From NCBI GenBank assembly GCA_963848965.1, contig CAWKFG010000004.1, positions 544,001-608,000 of the forward strand: 64,000 nucleotides of DNA. Reading direction: 5' to 3'. The position numbers and the translations under genes are program-made. Source of the DNA: an uncultured bacterium. GTDB lineage: Bacteria > Babelota > Babeliae > Babelales > Babelaceae. Under the pieces are notes generated by a model. That model searched no databases. It was not told the DNA's origin and saw nothing but the letters and a program-made list of their open reading frames with translations. Shown in pieces: positions 9,401 through 19,900 of this stretch; positions within the stretch are counted from its first letter, which is position 1, and every line of letters starts with the position of its first letter.

Positions 9401-11692
9401 ATGCAAAATAAATTGTGGCTATTTTTAGGCTGTACAATACTCTCTACCAGCCTCTTTGGTGTGGTGGGTATTGACGACTTTAGAAAGTCGTATATCGCCC
9501 CCTCTGGTATGGTAAACAGAAGTGAGCTCATTGCTGAGTTTAATCGGCTTTCTCCGCTGAACCAGAGATTAGCAAATGCAATGCTTATAAACAGATTTAA
9601 GAAAAATATTACCCAATTACGGCAGGAAGAGCTTGCTGCAATAAGAGCTGGAAGAGCTCCTGTATTCTCAAGACGTGCTCCTCGAGTTGCACCTAAGCAG
9701 GTTTTACCTGTTCAACCTTCGGTAAAGGCTGAACGCCCAGATAAACAAGAGCGTAAGCAAAAACAAAAACATCATCAAGATAAGCATGACAAGCGTAAAG
9801 CGAGAATCGCTGCTTTACAAAAGGCTGCAGCACGCAAAGCAACACTTGCTAAAAAAAGAGCTGCTGCTCGAAAAAAAGCGCATGCTTATAAAGCAAAACA
9901 AAAAGCTCAATTAAGAAAAGCGAAAGCAACAGCTTGTAAAATAGCTCGTCAATTACGACAAGCACAAAAAGCACGTGAAGCTCAAGAAAAAGCAGCTAGA
10001 ATAAAAGCTGCTCAAGCACTTGCTGCTCAACAAGCTAAACAATTAGAAGCTGCACGTAAAGCACAAGAAGCACAGCAAGCACAATTACGTGCTGAACGAG
10101 AAGCTGCTAATCAAGCGGTAGTAATTAAATTACGTGAACAGGTAAAAGAAGCTTCTGTACACTTAGCTCAAGAAGTAAGCAAAAAAGATGCTATCAAAAA
10201 AGATCTTGAACAAAGTCTTCTTGACGTAAGAGCACGTCTTGCTGTTGGTCCTCAACCGGATGTTGTACATATTACTAACGACATTACTAATGCACAAGCT
10301 CGTTATGCTCAGTATCAACAAGCTGTTGCAGCGACTGAAAAAAGTGCTTCAGATTTTAACTTCTCAGCACAGCTTATAATTCAAAATCAGCATGTTCCTC
10401 GAAATGAAAAAGAACGTGCTGTTCAACAATCTGCACATGCTCTTAAGGGTGCTCAAGAATCGCGTCACGACAGAGATGCTAAAGCACAAGAACTTAAAAG
10501 AGTTCAAAAAGAGTTTGAGAAGGTAAAGACCCGTATAGGACAAGATGAAGCACTTCGTGCTGAAGTAGAAGGCCTTATGCATATGGCAGAAAATGTGCGT
10601 AAAGACGTGCAAACGGCTTTAGCTGGTATGAATGCTCTTTCTATTGCAGATTTAGACACTAGGCTCAAAAAACTTGATACAACGAAGAAGGAACTTGTAA
10701 GTGCTCTTGGCAAGGCTCTAGAAAACGTTGAAAAAGTAAAACCTGCTCAAGAAGTTAATCTAAGAAACGCTCTTGAAACTGCTCGCAAAGAGATTGCAGC
10801 TCTTGATCTTTCTCCTCTTGCTAAAAGAATTGACGTGCTTAAGGCTCAGCAAGCAGAGCTTGAGAAGAAAGCTGTAGAAGAAGCCAAGCAGGTTGTTGAA
10901 GCAGTAAGCAGAAAGGTAACTGATCTTGCTGAACGATATAACCAATTTAGAGAAGCAAAAGGTAAACTTATTGGCTTAATGAGCGGTGCTCATGTAACTC
11001 ATGATAAGCTAGAAGAAGCTATAACTGAATACAAGAAGCATGTAGGACCGATTACTGCTCGCCTTGAAGATCTCGATAAGGATAACGCTGTGATCAAGCT
11101 TCGTGCAATTGAACCACATAGCGAACTTTTAGATAAAATAGAACAAGTAAAACTTGCTATTCAACCTGGACAAACAGAGGCACTTATACATCGAGCAGAG
11201 CTACAAGCAAAGGCACAGTTATTGAAAGCTCAAGAAGTACCTCCTGTACCAAGTAGAAGTGCTGCACCTGCTGTTGCTCCTGCTTCTTCTCAGGGACCAG
11301 TACCACCTGCTCGAGTAACGCCCGTAACACAACCATCGCAGGTTGTTATTACACTCGATGCAGCAGCACAAAATACTCCTACTTTTAAAGCAGGTAACAT
11401 AACTCTAGATGCACATAAACCAGAAGAATTCATACAGCTTATAGAGAAACTTGATGAAGGTACTGTTGATGCTTTAGCTAAAGAGCTTATTACAGCTACT
11501 GATAAAGCAGACAAAGACGATACTCGCTTGAGCGCCCTTTATAAACTTATGGATATCTATGGTCTTGCCTTCCAAAACAAGCAAGAAAAGGTTAAGGAAA
11601 AAATGCGTCGTCTCATGACACCAGCGTTTAATGCTGTAACAAATACAGGAGATAGTCGTTATATTGGAATACAAGGTCAGATAATACTCTAG
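9401..11692 (+). CDS. Exported long coiled-coil protein with a highly basic Lys/Ala/Arg segment
   Basis: Signal peptide; segment KAAARKATLAKKRAAARKKAHAYKAKQK; extended heptad region; Pro-rich linker. Confidence 0.7.
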   Translation: MQNKLWLFLGCTILSTSLFGVVGIDDFRKSYIAPSGMVNRSELIAEFNRLSPLNQRLANAMLINRFKKNITQLRQEELAAIRAGRAPVFSRRAPRVAPKQVLPVQPSVKAERPDKQERKQKQKHHQDKHDKRKARIAALQKAAARKATLAKKRAAARKKAHAYKAKQKAQLRKAKATACKIARQLRQAQKAREAQEKAARIKAAQALAAQQAKQLEAARKAQEAQQAQLRAEREAANQAVVIKLREQVKEASVHLAQEVSKKDAIKKDLEQSLLDVRARLAVGPQPDVVHITNDITNAQARYAQYQQAVAATEKSASDFNFSAQLIIQNQHVPRNEKERAVQQSAHALKGAQESRHDRDAKAQELKRVQKEFEKVKTRIGQDEALRAEVEGLMHMAENVRKDVQTALAGMNALSIADLDTRLKKLDTTKKELVSALGKALENVEKVKPAQEVNLRNALETARKEIAALDLSPLAKRIDVLKAQQAELEKKAVEEAKQVVEAVSRKVTDLAERYNQFREAKGKLIGLMSGAHVTHDKLEEAITEYKKHVGPITARLEDLDKDNAVIKLRAIEPHSELLDKIEQVKLAIQPGQTEALIHRAELQAKAQLLKAQEVPPVPSRSAAPAVAPASSQGPVPPARVTPVTQPSQVVITLDAAAQNTPTFKAGNITLDAHKPEEFIQLIEKLDEGTVDALAKELITATDKADKDDTRLSALYKLMDIYGLAFQNKQEKVKEKMRRLMTPAFNAVTNTGDSRYIGIQGQIIL

Positions 11693-11700
11693 GAACTACT

Positions 11701-12117
11701 ATGATAGGAAAAGCACTTTTATACTCTCTTATTTTCAGTATATGCTCTTTGGCATATGCTCTTGATGATCAATATTGGAATAGCATCGTTTGTACAATTG
11801 TACAAAAAGGCGACGCCAAAGGAGAGAAATCAGAGGTTGATAAAGACTTTGCTCTCCAAGCTTATCGTAATATAAGCTCAAAGAGCATCGGTCTTGCAGC
11901 GCTAGCAGGCGAGTTGATTAAACGAACCTTTAACATTGCTGAGTTACCTAAACGGTTTGACGAGCTTTCTCAAGAAGAAGTTGCAAACGAAACGCAAAAT
12001 CTTCTTGTAAAGCCAAAAAGCCACGGTGGCTTTAGAGACTTTCTTGAAGGTCAAAAGGTAACTATTGTTGAAGAGCAAAAAAACTCTCAACGAGCAGTAT
12101 CTGTTAAAGTCAGTTAA
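11701..12117 (+). CDS. Exported hypothetical protein
   Basis: Signal peptide ...AYA-LDD; starts 8 nt after the previous stop. Confidence 0.65.
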   Translation: MIGKALLYSLIFSICSLAYALDDQYWNSIVCTIVQKGDAKGEKSEVDKDFALQAYRNISSKSIGLAALAGELIKRTFNIAELPKRFDELSQEEVANETQNLLVKPKSHGGFRDFLEGQKVTIVEEQKNSQRAVSVKVS

Positions 12118-12131
12118 GTAACTACTTAAGA

Positions 12132-12159
12132 GCCGAGGGAAGTTCCCTCGGCCTTTTTT
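12132..12159 (+). terminator. Intrinsic terminator of the 7829-12117 operon
   Basis: GCCGAGGGA-AGT-TCCCTCGGC followed by a T-tract. Confidence 0.85.
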
Positions 12160-12207
12160 ATGCTATACTAGAGCCCGTTAGTTTCACTCTTTACCTGTGA
12201 GGGCTCT

Positions 12208-13392
12208 ATGAAAATACTTTTTCTCTTCTCTCTATTTCTTTGTACTTCACTCTGTGCATTAGAAGAACCGCCAGTACTTAATGGTATTGATGTGCTTGTA
12301 AAAGATCAGTATACACAACTTAAAGGCCATACTATAGGGCTTATTACCAATCATACAGGTCATAATTATCAAAGAACAAGTACCATTGATTTACTGTATA
12401 AAGCGCCTGGAGTAACACTCAAGGCACTTTTTAGTCCAGAACATGGTATACGTGGCCTCGTAGATACACAGGTAGATGATAGCAAAGATGAAAAAACTGG
12501 ACTGCCTATTTATAGTTTATATGGAGCTACACGTATTCCACAACCAGAACAGCTTAAGAGGCTTACTGCTCTTGTATTTGATATACAGGATATTGGATGT
12601 AGATTCTATACGTATATCTCTACTTTAGGCCTTTGTATGGAAGCTGCAGCAAAAGCAGGATTAAAATTTTTTGTGCTTGATAGAGTAAATCCTATTAATG
12701 GTGTTACTGTCGATGGGCCTGTGCTTGTCGATAAGCCAAGCTTTACAGCATATCATCCAATTGCAGTACAGCATGGTATGACAGTAGGAGAATTAGCATG
12801 CATGTTTAATAAGGAAAAAGAACTGAATCTCGACTTAGTGGTAATTCCTGTACAGGGATGGAAAAGAGAGCAGTGGTTTAGTGAGACAGGACAGCCATGG
12901 ACAAACCCTTCACCAAACATGCGTAGCCTCACACAAGCTACGTTATATCCTGGTATAGGACTCCTTGAAAGAATGGCCCTCTCAGTAGGACGAGGAACCG
13001 ATACACCATTTGAGGTAGTAGGAGCGCCTTATATTAATGAGTTACAGTTATACGCTGAGTTGCATAAAGCAGATCTTAAGGGTGTTACTTTTGTACCTGT
13101 ACAGTTTACTCCTAGAGGAAACATATTTAAGGATGAGCTCTGTAAGGGCGTCAACATTATTGTTCTTGATAGAACGCTTTTTTCTGCCATAGACGTTGGT
13201 ATTACACTTGCACAAGCATTATACACGTTATATCCAAATCAGCTTAATTTTTCACAATTTAATACATTACTGTGCCAATCAAAGACCTTGAAAGCTATTG
13301 AGAATAAAGAATCATCTAAAGAGATTCGGGCATTATGGGCTCTTAGCTTAGAAGAGTTTAAAAGAAGAAGAAGATGCTATTTACTCTACTAA
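12208..13392 (+). CDS. namZ: Exo-beta-N-acetylmuramidase NamZ (DUF1343) family
   Basis: Motifs GLITNHTG, LFSPEHG, FDIQDIGCRFYTY, HGMTVGELA, PSPNM and SVGRGT; signal peptide. Confidence 0.9.
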   Translation: MKILFLFSLFLCTSLCALEEPPVLNGIDVLVKDQYTQLKGHTIGLITNHTGHNYQRTSTIDLLYKAPGVTLKALFSPEHGIRGLVDTQVDDSKDEKTGLPIYSLYGATRIPQPEQLKRLTALVFDIQDIGCRFYTYISTLGLCMEAAAKAGLKFFVLDRVNPINGVTVDGPVLVDKPSFTAYHPIAVQHGMTVGELACMFNKEKELNLDLVVIPVQGWKREQWFSETGQPWTNPSPNMRSLTQATLYPGIGLLERMALSVGRGTDTPFEVVGAPYINELQLYAELHKADLKGVTFVPVQFTPRGNIFKDELCKGVNIIVLDRTLFSAIDVGITLAQALYTLYPNQLNFSQFNTLLCQSKTLKAIENKESSKEIRALWALSLEEFKRRRRCYLLY

Positions 13393-13433
13393 AGTAAACT
13401 ATTTTCGACATAGTCGGTGATTCTGTCAAAATT

Positions 13434-13458
13434 AAGAGGGAAGCATAGCTTCCCTCTT
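13434..13458. terminator. Hairpin between convergent namZ and secA
   Basis: AAGAGGGAAGC-ATA-GCTTCCCTCTT, 11-bp stem. Confidence 0.7.
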
Positions 13459-13461
13459 CTG

Positions 13462-16017
13462 TTATTTCTTACCGCAGCACTTTTTATATTTTTTACCGGA
13501 GCCGCAGGTACATTCATCATTACGACCAACTTTATCAGCAGTTCGCTGATGAGTTACTTGAATATCTGCCGTTGGATCTTCTGGTCCCATAAGATTAAGC
13601 TCTTCAAATTCGCGCTCACGTCTTCTTTCAAATTCATGGTAGTTGAAGTGCTCAATGTTAATATGGAATACATGATGTACAACTTCTGCCCGAATTTCGC
13701 GCATCATATCTTCAAACATAGCAAATGCTTCACGCTTATATTCAATAAGCGGATTCTTTTGACCCCAGCTACGTAAGCTAATACCTTCTTTTAAGTGATC
13801 AAGGTTAAGCATATGTTGCTTCCATGATTGATCAATTGTTTCAAGCATTACCCACTTATGAGCTTCGCGCATCATCTCTTCTTTCTGTTGTGCTCGAGCT
13901 TGTTCAAGAGTAGTATTGTAGCGTTGCAAGAGAAACTGGAGCAGTCTATCTTGAAGTGCATCTGGTGCAGTTATGCCATCAAATCCTTGGCTCGTAAACT
14001 CTTTTTCATCTATACCTGTCATATGAGCAATTGCTTTTACAACTTCTTGAGCTGCTTCTTGAGTAAGCGTACGTCCTTGTGCATGGGCTGTAACAACATC
14101 TAAAAGAGCACTTTCTATCATATCATGGACAAGCACTGCAATATGCTCTTCGCCTTCAAGCACTTCTCGACGAACCTTATAAATAACTGTTCTTTGTTGA
14201 TTTAATACATCATCATACTCAAGAAGGTTACGTCTAATATCAAAATTATGTTTTTCTACTTTCTCTTGTGCAGCCTCAATACGCTTAGAGATAAAGCCTG
14301 ATTCTATAGTTTCTTCTTCTGTCATACCAATACGCTGCATATTCTTTTTAATGGTATCTCCAGCAAAGATACGAATAAGGTCATCTTCTAAAGAGATATA
14401 GAAGCGCGATTCACCAGGATCTCCTTGACGACCAGAACGACCACGAAGCTGATTATCAATACGGCGACTTTCATGCCGTTCAGTACCAAGAATATAGAGC
14501 CCTCCTGCTTGTACTGATTCTGGAGCAAGCTTAATGTCAGTACCGCGACCTGCCATATTAGTAGCAATAGTCACGTGGCCTTGTTCACCTGCATGAGCTA
14601 CAATTTCTGCTTCCCGCGCGTGATTTTTAGCATTAAGAACATCATGAGGAATATTACTAGCAGTAAGAATCATACTCAGCAATTCAGAAGTCTCAATTGC
14701 AATAGTACCAATAAGTACCGGTTGTCCTTTTTCATGGCGCTGTCTTACATCTTCAGCAATTGCTTTGTATTTAGCATTCTTTGTTAAAAAGATAAGATCT
14801 GCTTGGTCAATTCTGATCATTGGTTGATTAGTTGGAATACTAACAACATCCAGTTTATAAATTTTATGAAACTCTTCTGCCTCAGTGCTTGCCGTACCGG
14901 TCATACCCGCAAGCTTTTTGTAAAGCCTAAAATAATTTTGAAGAGTTATAGAAGCAAGCGTTTGTGATTCACGTTCAATACGAACATTTTCTTTTGCTTC
15001 AATTGCCTGATGCAGTCCATCACTATACCGTCTACCTGGCAAAATACGCCCAGTAAATTCATCTACAATAAGCACTTGATCTTCTTTTACCACGTAATGT
15101 ACATCGCGCTTAAAGAGTGCGTGCGCTCGTAAAGCCTGTGTTACATGGTGCAAGAGCTTTAAATTTTCAAGAGCATAGAGATTTTCAATACCAAAGAATG
15201 TTTCAATCTTGTCATTACCTGACTCAGTTAACTGTACAGAACGAGTTTTTTCATCAACTTCGTAATCGGTTCCTTGCACAAGGTTAAACATCGCTCTATT
15301 TGCATCTACATAAAGCTTACTACTTTCATCAGATGATCCTGAAATAATAAGCGGTGTTCGTGCTTCGTCAATCAAGATAGAGTCAACTTCATCGACAATA
15401 CCATAACTGAGATCTCGTTGTACATAATCTGCTAGCCTGAACTTCATATTATCACGCAGATAATCAAAACCAAGCTCATTATTTGTAGCATACGTAATGT
15501 CAGCATTATATGCATTTTTACGATCTTGATCAGAAGATGAATTTTGAATAATACCAAGAGAAAGACCTAAGTGGTTATAAATAGGGCTCATCCATTCAGC
15601 ATCACGACGAGCCAAATAGTCGTTAACGGTAATTAAATGAACACCTTTTCCTGTAAGTGCATTAAGATACAAAGGCAACGTAGAAGTAAGGGTTTTACCT
15701 TCCCCTGTTTTCATCTCTGCTATTTTACCTTGATGTAATACCATCCCACCAATAAGCTGTACATCAAAGTGGCGTTGCCCTATCTTTCGTCGTGCAGTTT
15801 CTCGAACAACAGCAAATGCCTCAGGCAGAATATCATCAAGCGATCTTCCTCGTTCAAGGTGATCTTTAAACTCACCTGTTTTTGCAGTAAGCTGCTCATC
15901 TGATAATGTTTCAATTGTTCGTTCAAGTTCGTTAATTCTACTAACTAGTGGCTGCAACTTTTTAAGTTGCCGCGCGTTATTTGTTCCAAAAATCTTTGCA
16001 AGTATTGCTGCAATCAT
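13462..16017 (-). CDS. secA: Preprotein translocase ATPase SecA
   Basis: Motifs EMKTGEGKT, DEVDSILIDEARTP and ATNMAGRGTDI; SEC-C tail CTCGSGKKYKKCC. Confidence 0.99.
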   Translation of the reverse strand: MIAAILAKIFGTNNARQLKKLQPLVSRINELERTIETLSDEQLTAKTGEFKDHLERGRSLDDILPEAFAVVRETARRKIGQRHFDVQLIGGMVLHQGKIAEMKTGEGKTLTSTLPLYLNALTGKGVHLITVNDYLARRDAEWMSPIYNHLGLSLGIIQNSSSDQDRKNAYNADITYATNNELGFDYLRDNMKFRLADYVQRDLSYGIVDEVDSILIDEARTPLIISGSSDESSKLYVDANRAMFNLVQGTDYEVDEKTRSVQLTESGNDKIETFFGIENLYALENLKLLHHVTQALRAHALFKRDVHYVVKEDQVLIVDEFTGRILPGRRYSDGLHQAIEAKENVRIERESQTLASITLQNYFRLYKKLAGMTGTASTEAEEFHKIYKLDVVSIPTNQPMIRIDQADLIFLTKNAKYKAIAEDVRQRHEKGQPVLIGTIAIETSELLSMILTASNIPHDVLNAKNHAREAEIVAHAGEQGHVTIATNMAGRGTDIKLAPESVQAGGLYILGTERHESRRIDNQLRGRSGRQGDPGESRFYISLEDDLIRIFAGDTIKKNMQRIGMTEEETIESGFISKRIEAAQEKVEKHNFDIRRNLLEYDDVLNQQRTVIYKVRREVLEGEEHIAVLVHDMIESALLDVVTAHAQGRTLTQEAAQEVVKAIAHMTGIDEKEFTSQGFDGITAPDALQDRLLQFLLQRYNTTLEQARAQQKEEMMREAHKWVMLETIDQSWKQHMLNLDHLKEGISLRSWGQKNPLIEYKREAFAMFEDMMREIRAEVVHHVFHINIEHFNYHEFERRREREFEELNLMGPEDPTADIQVTHQRTADKVGRNDECTCGSGKKYKKCCGKK

Positions 16018-16107
16018 CTCTATCCTTAATTATAAATTTTTTATTCTCCAGAAGATAAATACACACTATTATATCATACTCTTACAAGCGAGTCACTACT
16101 CGAGCAG

Positions 16108-16836
16108 TTATTTAAGAGCTACAATAGTAAGCTGCCGTGCTGCTTGTGCTCCTTGGCGTCTATGTGAGCAAAAAGACTCATGACATATTGTACAAATATT
16201 ATAGTTACAATGGAAAGATTCTTTTTTTACTCCGTATGCTTCAAGCAATAGCTTATTAAAAAGAGGCAAATCAAAATAGAGGTCCTGTCTATGGTAAAAA
16301 AGTACCTGATCAGTAAGATCAAATCCTTTAAGATTATTTTCAAAATCAGGAGTCACTTTATAACAACAACCACGGGCTGAAGGACCAAAAAATATTCGTA
16401 TATGCTCAAGCTTTGTACCACATTCTTTTTCCATTGCCTGTACTGTCTTGATCGCTATGTTGCTTACTGATCCCACCCATCCTGCATGGCAAATACCAAT
16501 AGCATGTGAAAGACTATCATAAAAAACAATAGGAAGGCAATCAGCAGTATATACTCCTAAGCCTATATGTCCTAATTGTGTAACGAGGTAGTCACCCTCT
16601 TCCTTATGCTTGATAAGCGCTATTGCCTTATCTGGAGATACCACTATTCCTTTATCACTGTGTGTTTGCTTTAAGAACAGAAGCTTTTCGAGCTGCATAA
16701 GTTTTTTAATGCGATTTAAAGAGCTGTTTTTCCACAACTCTTCTTGTGCACAATCTTGTGTACATACATCACGTGCTAGCCCTGTACGAGCATCACCAAA
16801 ATAAATGGAAAGTAAAGGATCACTATGTAAAATCAT
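16108..16836 (-). CDS. pgeF: PgeF/YfiH family purine nucleoside phosphorylase / peptidoglycan editing factor
   Basis: Motifs QTHS, TADCLP, HAGW, GPSA..CCY and SHRR. Confidence 0.9.
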   Translation of the reverse strand: MILHSDPLLSIYFGDARTGLARDVCTQDCAQEELWKNSSLNRIKKLMQLEKLLFLKQTHSDKGIVVSPDKAIALIKHKEEGDYLVTQLGHIGLGVYTADCLPIVFYDSLSHAIGICHAGWVGSVSNIAIKTVQAMEKECGTKLEHIRIFFGPSARGCCYKVTPDFENNLKGFDLTDQVLFYHRQDLYFDLPLFNKLLLEAYGVKKESFHCNYNICTICHESFCSHRRQGAQAARQLTIVALK

Positions 16837-16924
16837 GATACAACTAAAATCAATTGCATAATAGTATTTTTATAAGTATACCACAGTTGTCTTACTTTAG
16901 CAAATTGGCTCTCGAAAGCAAGCA

Positions 16925-19900
16925 TCACTTTTTCTCTTCATCCTGTTTTTTGTAACGTTCTTCAAACTCTTTTATCCTTTCTTCGAAAAGAGCTTCACCT
17001 CCACCATCAAGATTAGCTTTTTTACAACATTCTTCTAACTCTTGCATTTCTTTTCTAGCAAGACTGCCAACGTCAAGGATCTGTCGTACTTCTGCAAGTT
17101 CTTTTTTGAGCTTTGGACCTTTTCTTTGTAGTTTCTTCATATGTTGTGTAAGAATCTTTTTAACTCCTATAGCACTAACTTTACCTGCTAAATCAATTGC
17201 ATCAAAGCCATCTTGATTTTTCAATTGCACATTAGCTCCCGCTTGTAAAAGAAGCTTTACTAGTTCTTCCTGCTTTTTTGTAGATTCTACCGTTAAACTA
17301 GAGCCTAGAGTTCTATTATCACATGCAAGTATAAGTGCTGTATTACCTATTTTATTCTGTATATTAATCGATGCCCCTTTTTCAATAAGATATCGCGCTA
17401 CATCTAGGCGTTGATTCATACAAGCAAATAGTAATGCAGTACATCCTTCTTTACTAACTATATCAAGCTTTGCTCCTTTTTCTACAAGAAGCTTTACTAT
17501 ATCATACGAGCCACGCTCAGCTGCGCCCATTAATGGTGTACCTCCTGCAAAGTTCTGAACGTTTGGACAAGCTCCTTTATTCAGTAAAAGCTGTACTATG
17601 TCTAAAGAGTTTACTTCTACTGCCGCTAACAAAGGATTGCCACCAAACTTATTTGATTTTTCTATGTTTGCTCCTCTTTCAAGCAATAAGGTCACAAGCT
17701 CTTTATTTTTCTTCTCACAGGCACCAATAAGTGGGGTACCTCCTAATTTATTTTGTTGGTCTATATCAGCACCTGCATCAAGAAGTAATTGCATAAGTTT
17801 TTCATCCTGTTTTTCACAAGCTACAAGCAGCAGAGTCCCACCTTGTGTGGTAAGTCTATTAACATTGGCACCATATTCAAGAAGAAGCTTAACAGTTTCA
17901 TAGGACCCCTGTGATAGTGCAAGAATTAAGGGACTATTACCATTATTATCACATCCTTCAACATCTATATGTGGAAGAGAAAGAAGCAGTTGTACTATTT
18001 CTTCATTACCTTTTATAAGCGCTTGCATTAAGGGAGTCATACCAGCAGTATTTCTGGCATGTGGATTTGCACCTGCTTCAATAAGGCACTTTACCACTTC
18101 CGGCACACTGCTATCACACGCACAATGAAGAACGGTATTGCCATTAGGTAAAACGTACTTTGGATCTGCTCCGTGGCAAAGCAGCATTTTTACAACGTCT
18201 CTATCTTTTGTTTTTGAGATACATGCTGCACTGAGAGCAATTGCTCCGCAAGGATCGCTTTCAGTTATACAAGCACCAGCACGTAAAAGAATTTCTACAA
18301 TTTCTCGTGACCCTTGAATACATGCAGCCATAAGGGGAGTCCATCCACGTTTATTAACATGATGGATATCTATAGAGGGTACTTTTAAAAGCATTTCAAC
18401 CACTTCTTTTGATTCTGCATCGCAAGCATAAGTTAAAGGAGTTGAGCCATCTTTGTCTTGGATGTTAATTGGTAGGCCTTGTTTTAAAAGAAATTCTAAA
18501 GCTGTTACTTTGTTCCTAATAATGAAATCTTTTAACTCTTCACTAAAATCTGATATCGTGGATATATCTAAATTTCCTTTTTGTACAAGCAGCTCAGCTA
18601 TATCCCAAGCATCCACTGCAAGAACAAGAAAGAGCATTTTATAAGTGGCAGGAAGCCCATAGTCTAAACAGAGCTTTATGAGATCATAGGTAACTCCATA
18701 AGAAAAAAGAAAGTTCTCCACTTCTTTACTTTTGACAAGATAACCATACTTCGCCTTATCAAAAAGAAGTCTAAGTGCTCCTGTTTTTTTCTCTTTAATC
18801 AAGTACTCTATAATTTCTAGTTTGTGTTTATCATTGAGCAATTCAAGAAAGCTATTCCTGTTAAGTGTCTCAAATTCTTCACCAACAGATTCTTGTGAGA
18901 GCTCAGTTAATTCTGAAAATGCAGCTAATTTTCTACAAAGTATTTCCATTTCACGCGTTTCAGCCTGTTTTACGAGCTCTTTGAGCGTTTGGGGAATCCC
19001 TTTAAAGTTAATAAGATCAGAAATAGTTTTGCCTGCCTTATTTCTACACAAAACTGAAGCTCCACTTTGAACTAACATACTACTTATCTCATACCTCTTT
19101 CCTAAAACTGCATAATGAAGAGCTGTACACCCTTGATTATCTTGTGTATTAAGCTCAAGATGTGGACATTCCAAAAGCGCTTGAACTGCTTCTGTATTGC
19201 CTTGTTGTACTGCAACTATTAAAGGGGTTATCCCGCGCTCATGTACATAGTTAAGATCACTAGTTATACCTTGCCTTAATGTTTGATGATCATTAAAATA
19301 GGCTGCTATCATTGCGTGGCAATAGCCTTGTGCTTTAAGTTCCTCAGTTACCCTCTGCCTTCGTTCATGTTCTTGTGCTTGCAACGCCTCTTCTTTTCTT
19401 TTTTGCTCAAACTCTTGCAAACAGGCAACAAGAGGAGTCTGCGATTGAGCATAATATAGAGCAGTATGTCCTGCTTTAGTTTTAGCATGTATATCAGCTC
19501 CCGATGAACACAACACAGTAACCATTTTTATATTATGAGATTTTACTGCTCGCATTACTATAGTTTCTCCGTGCTCATTAGCATAGTCAAGCGCACGAGG
19601 ATAATAAGTAAGAAATGCCTCGACTATTTCTACAGAACAGGTACTTACAAGCTCTAAAAGAGCTTCTCCTGCTTGCTGTACCCCAAACTTAACTATTTCC
19701 TGAGCAAGACATAGATTAAAGAGACTAATATCACCTTCACGAGCTATATTCAAAATCATTTTATATACTAACGTAGGAAGCTGAGAAGCTATAAAACGAA
19801 CGAGTTCAATATCTTTGTTATCTAACGCTCTTTTACAACACGTAAGTATACTTTCCTCTCTTATTATCCCATGTTCAATAAGAAGTTTCATACTAGCAGT

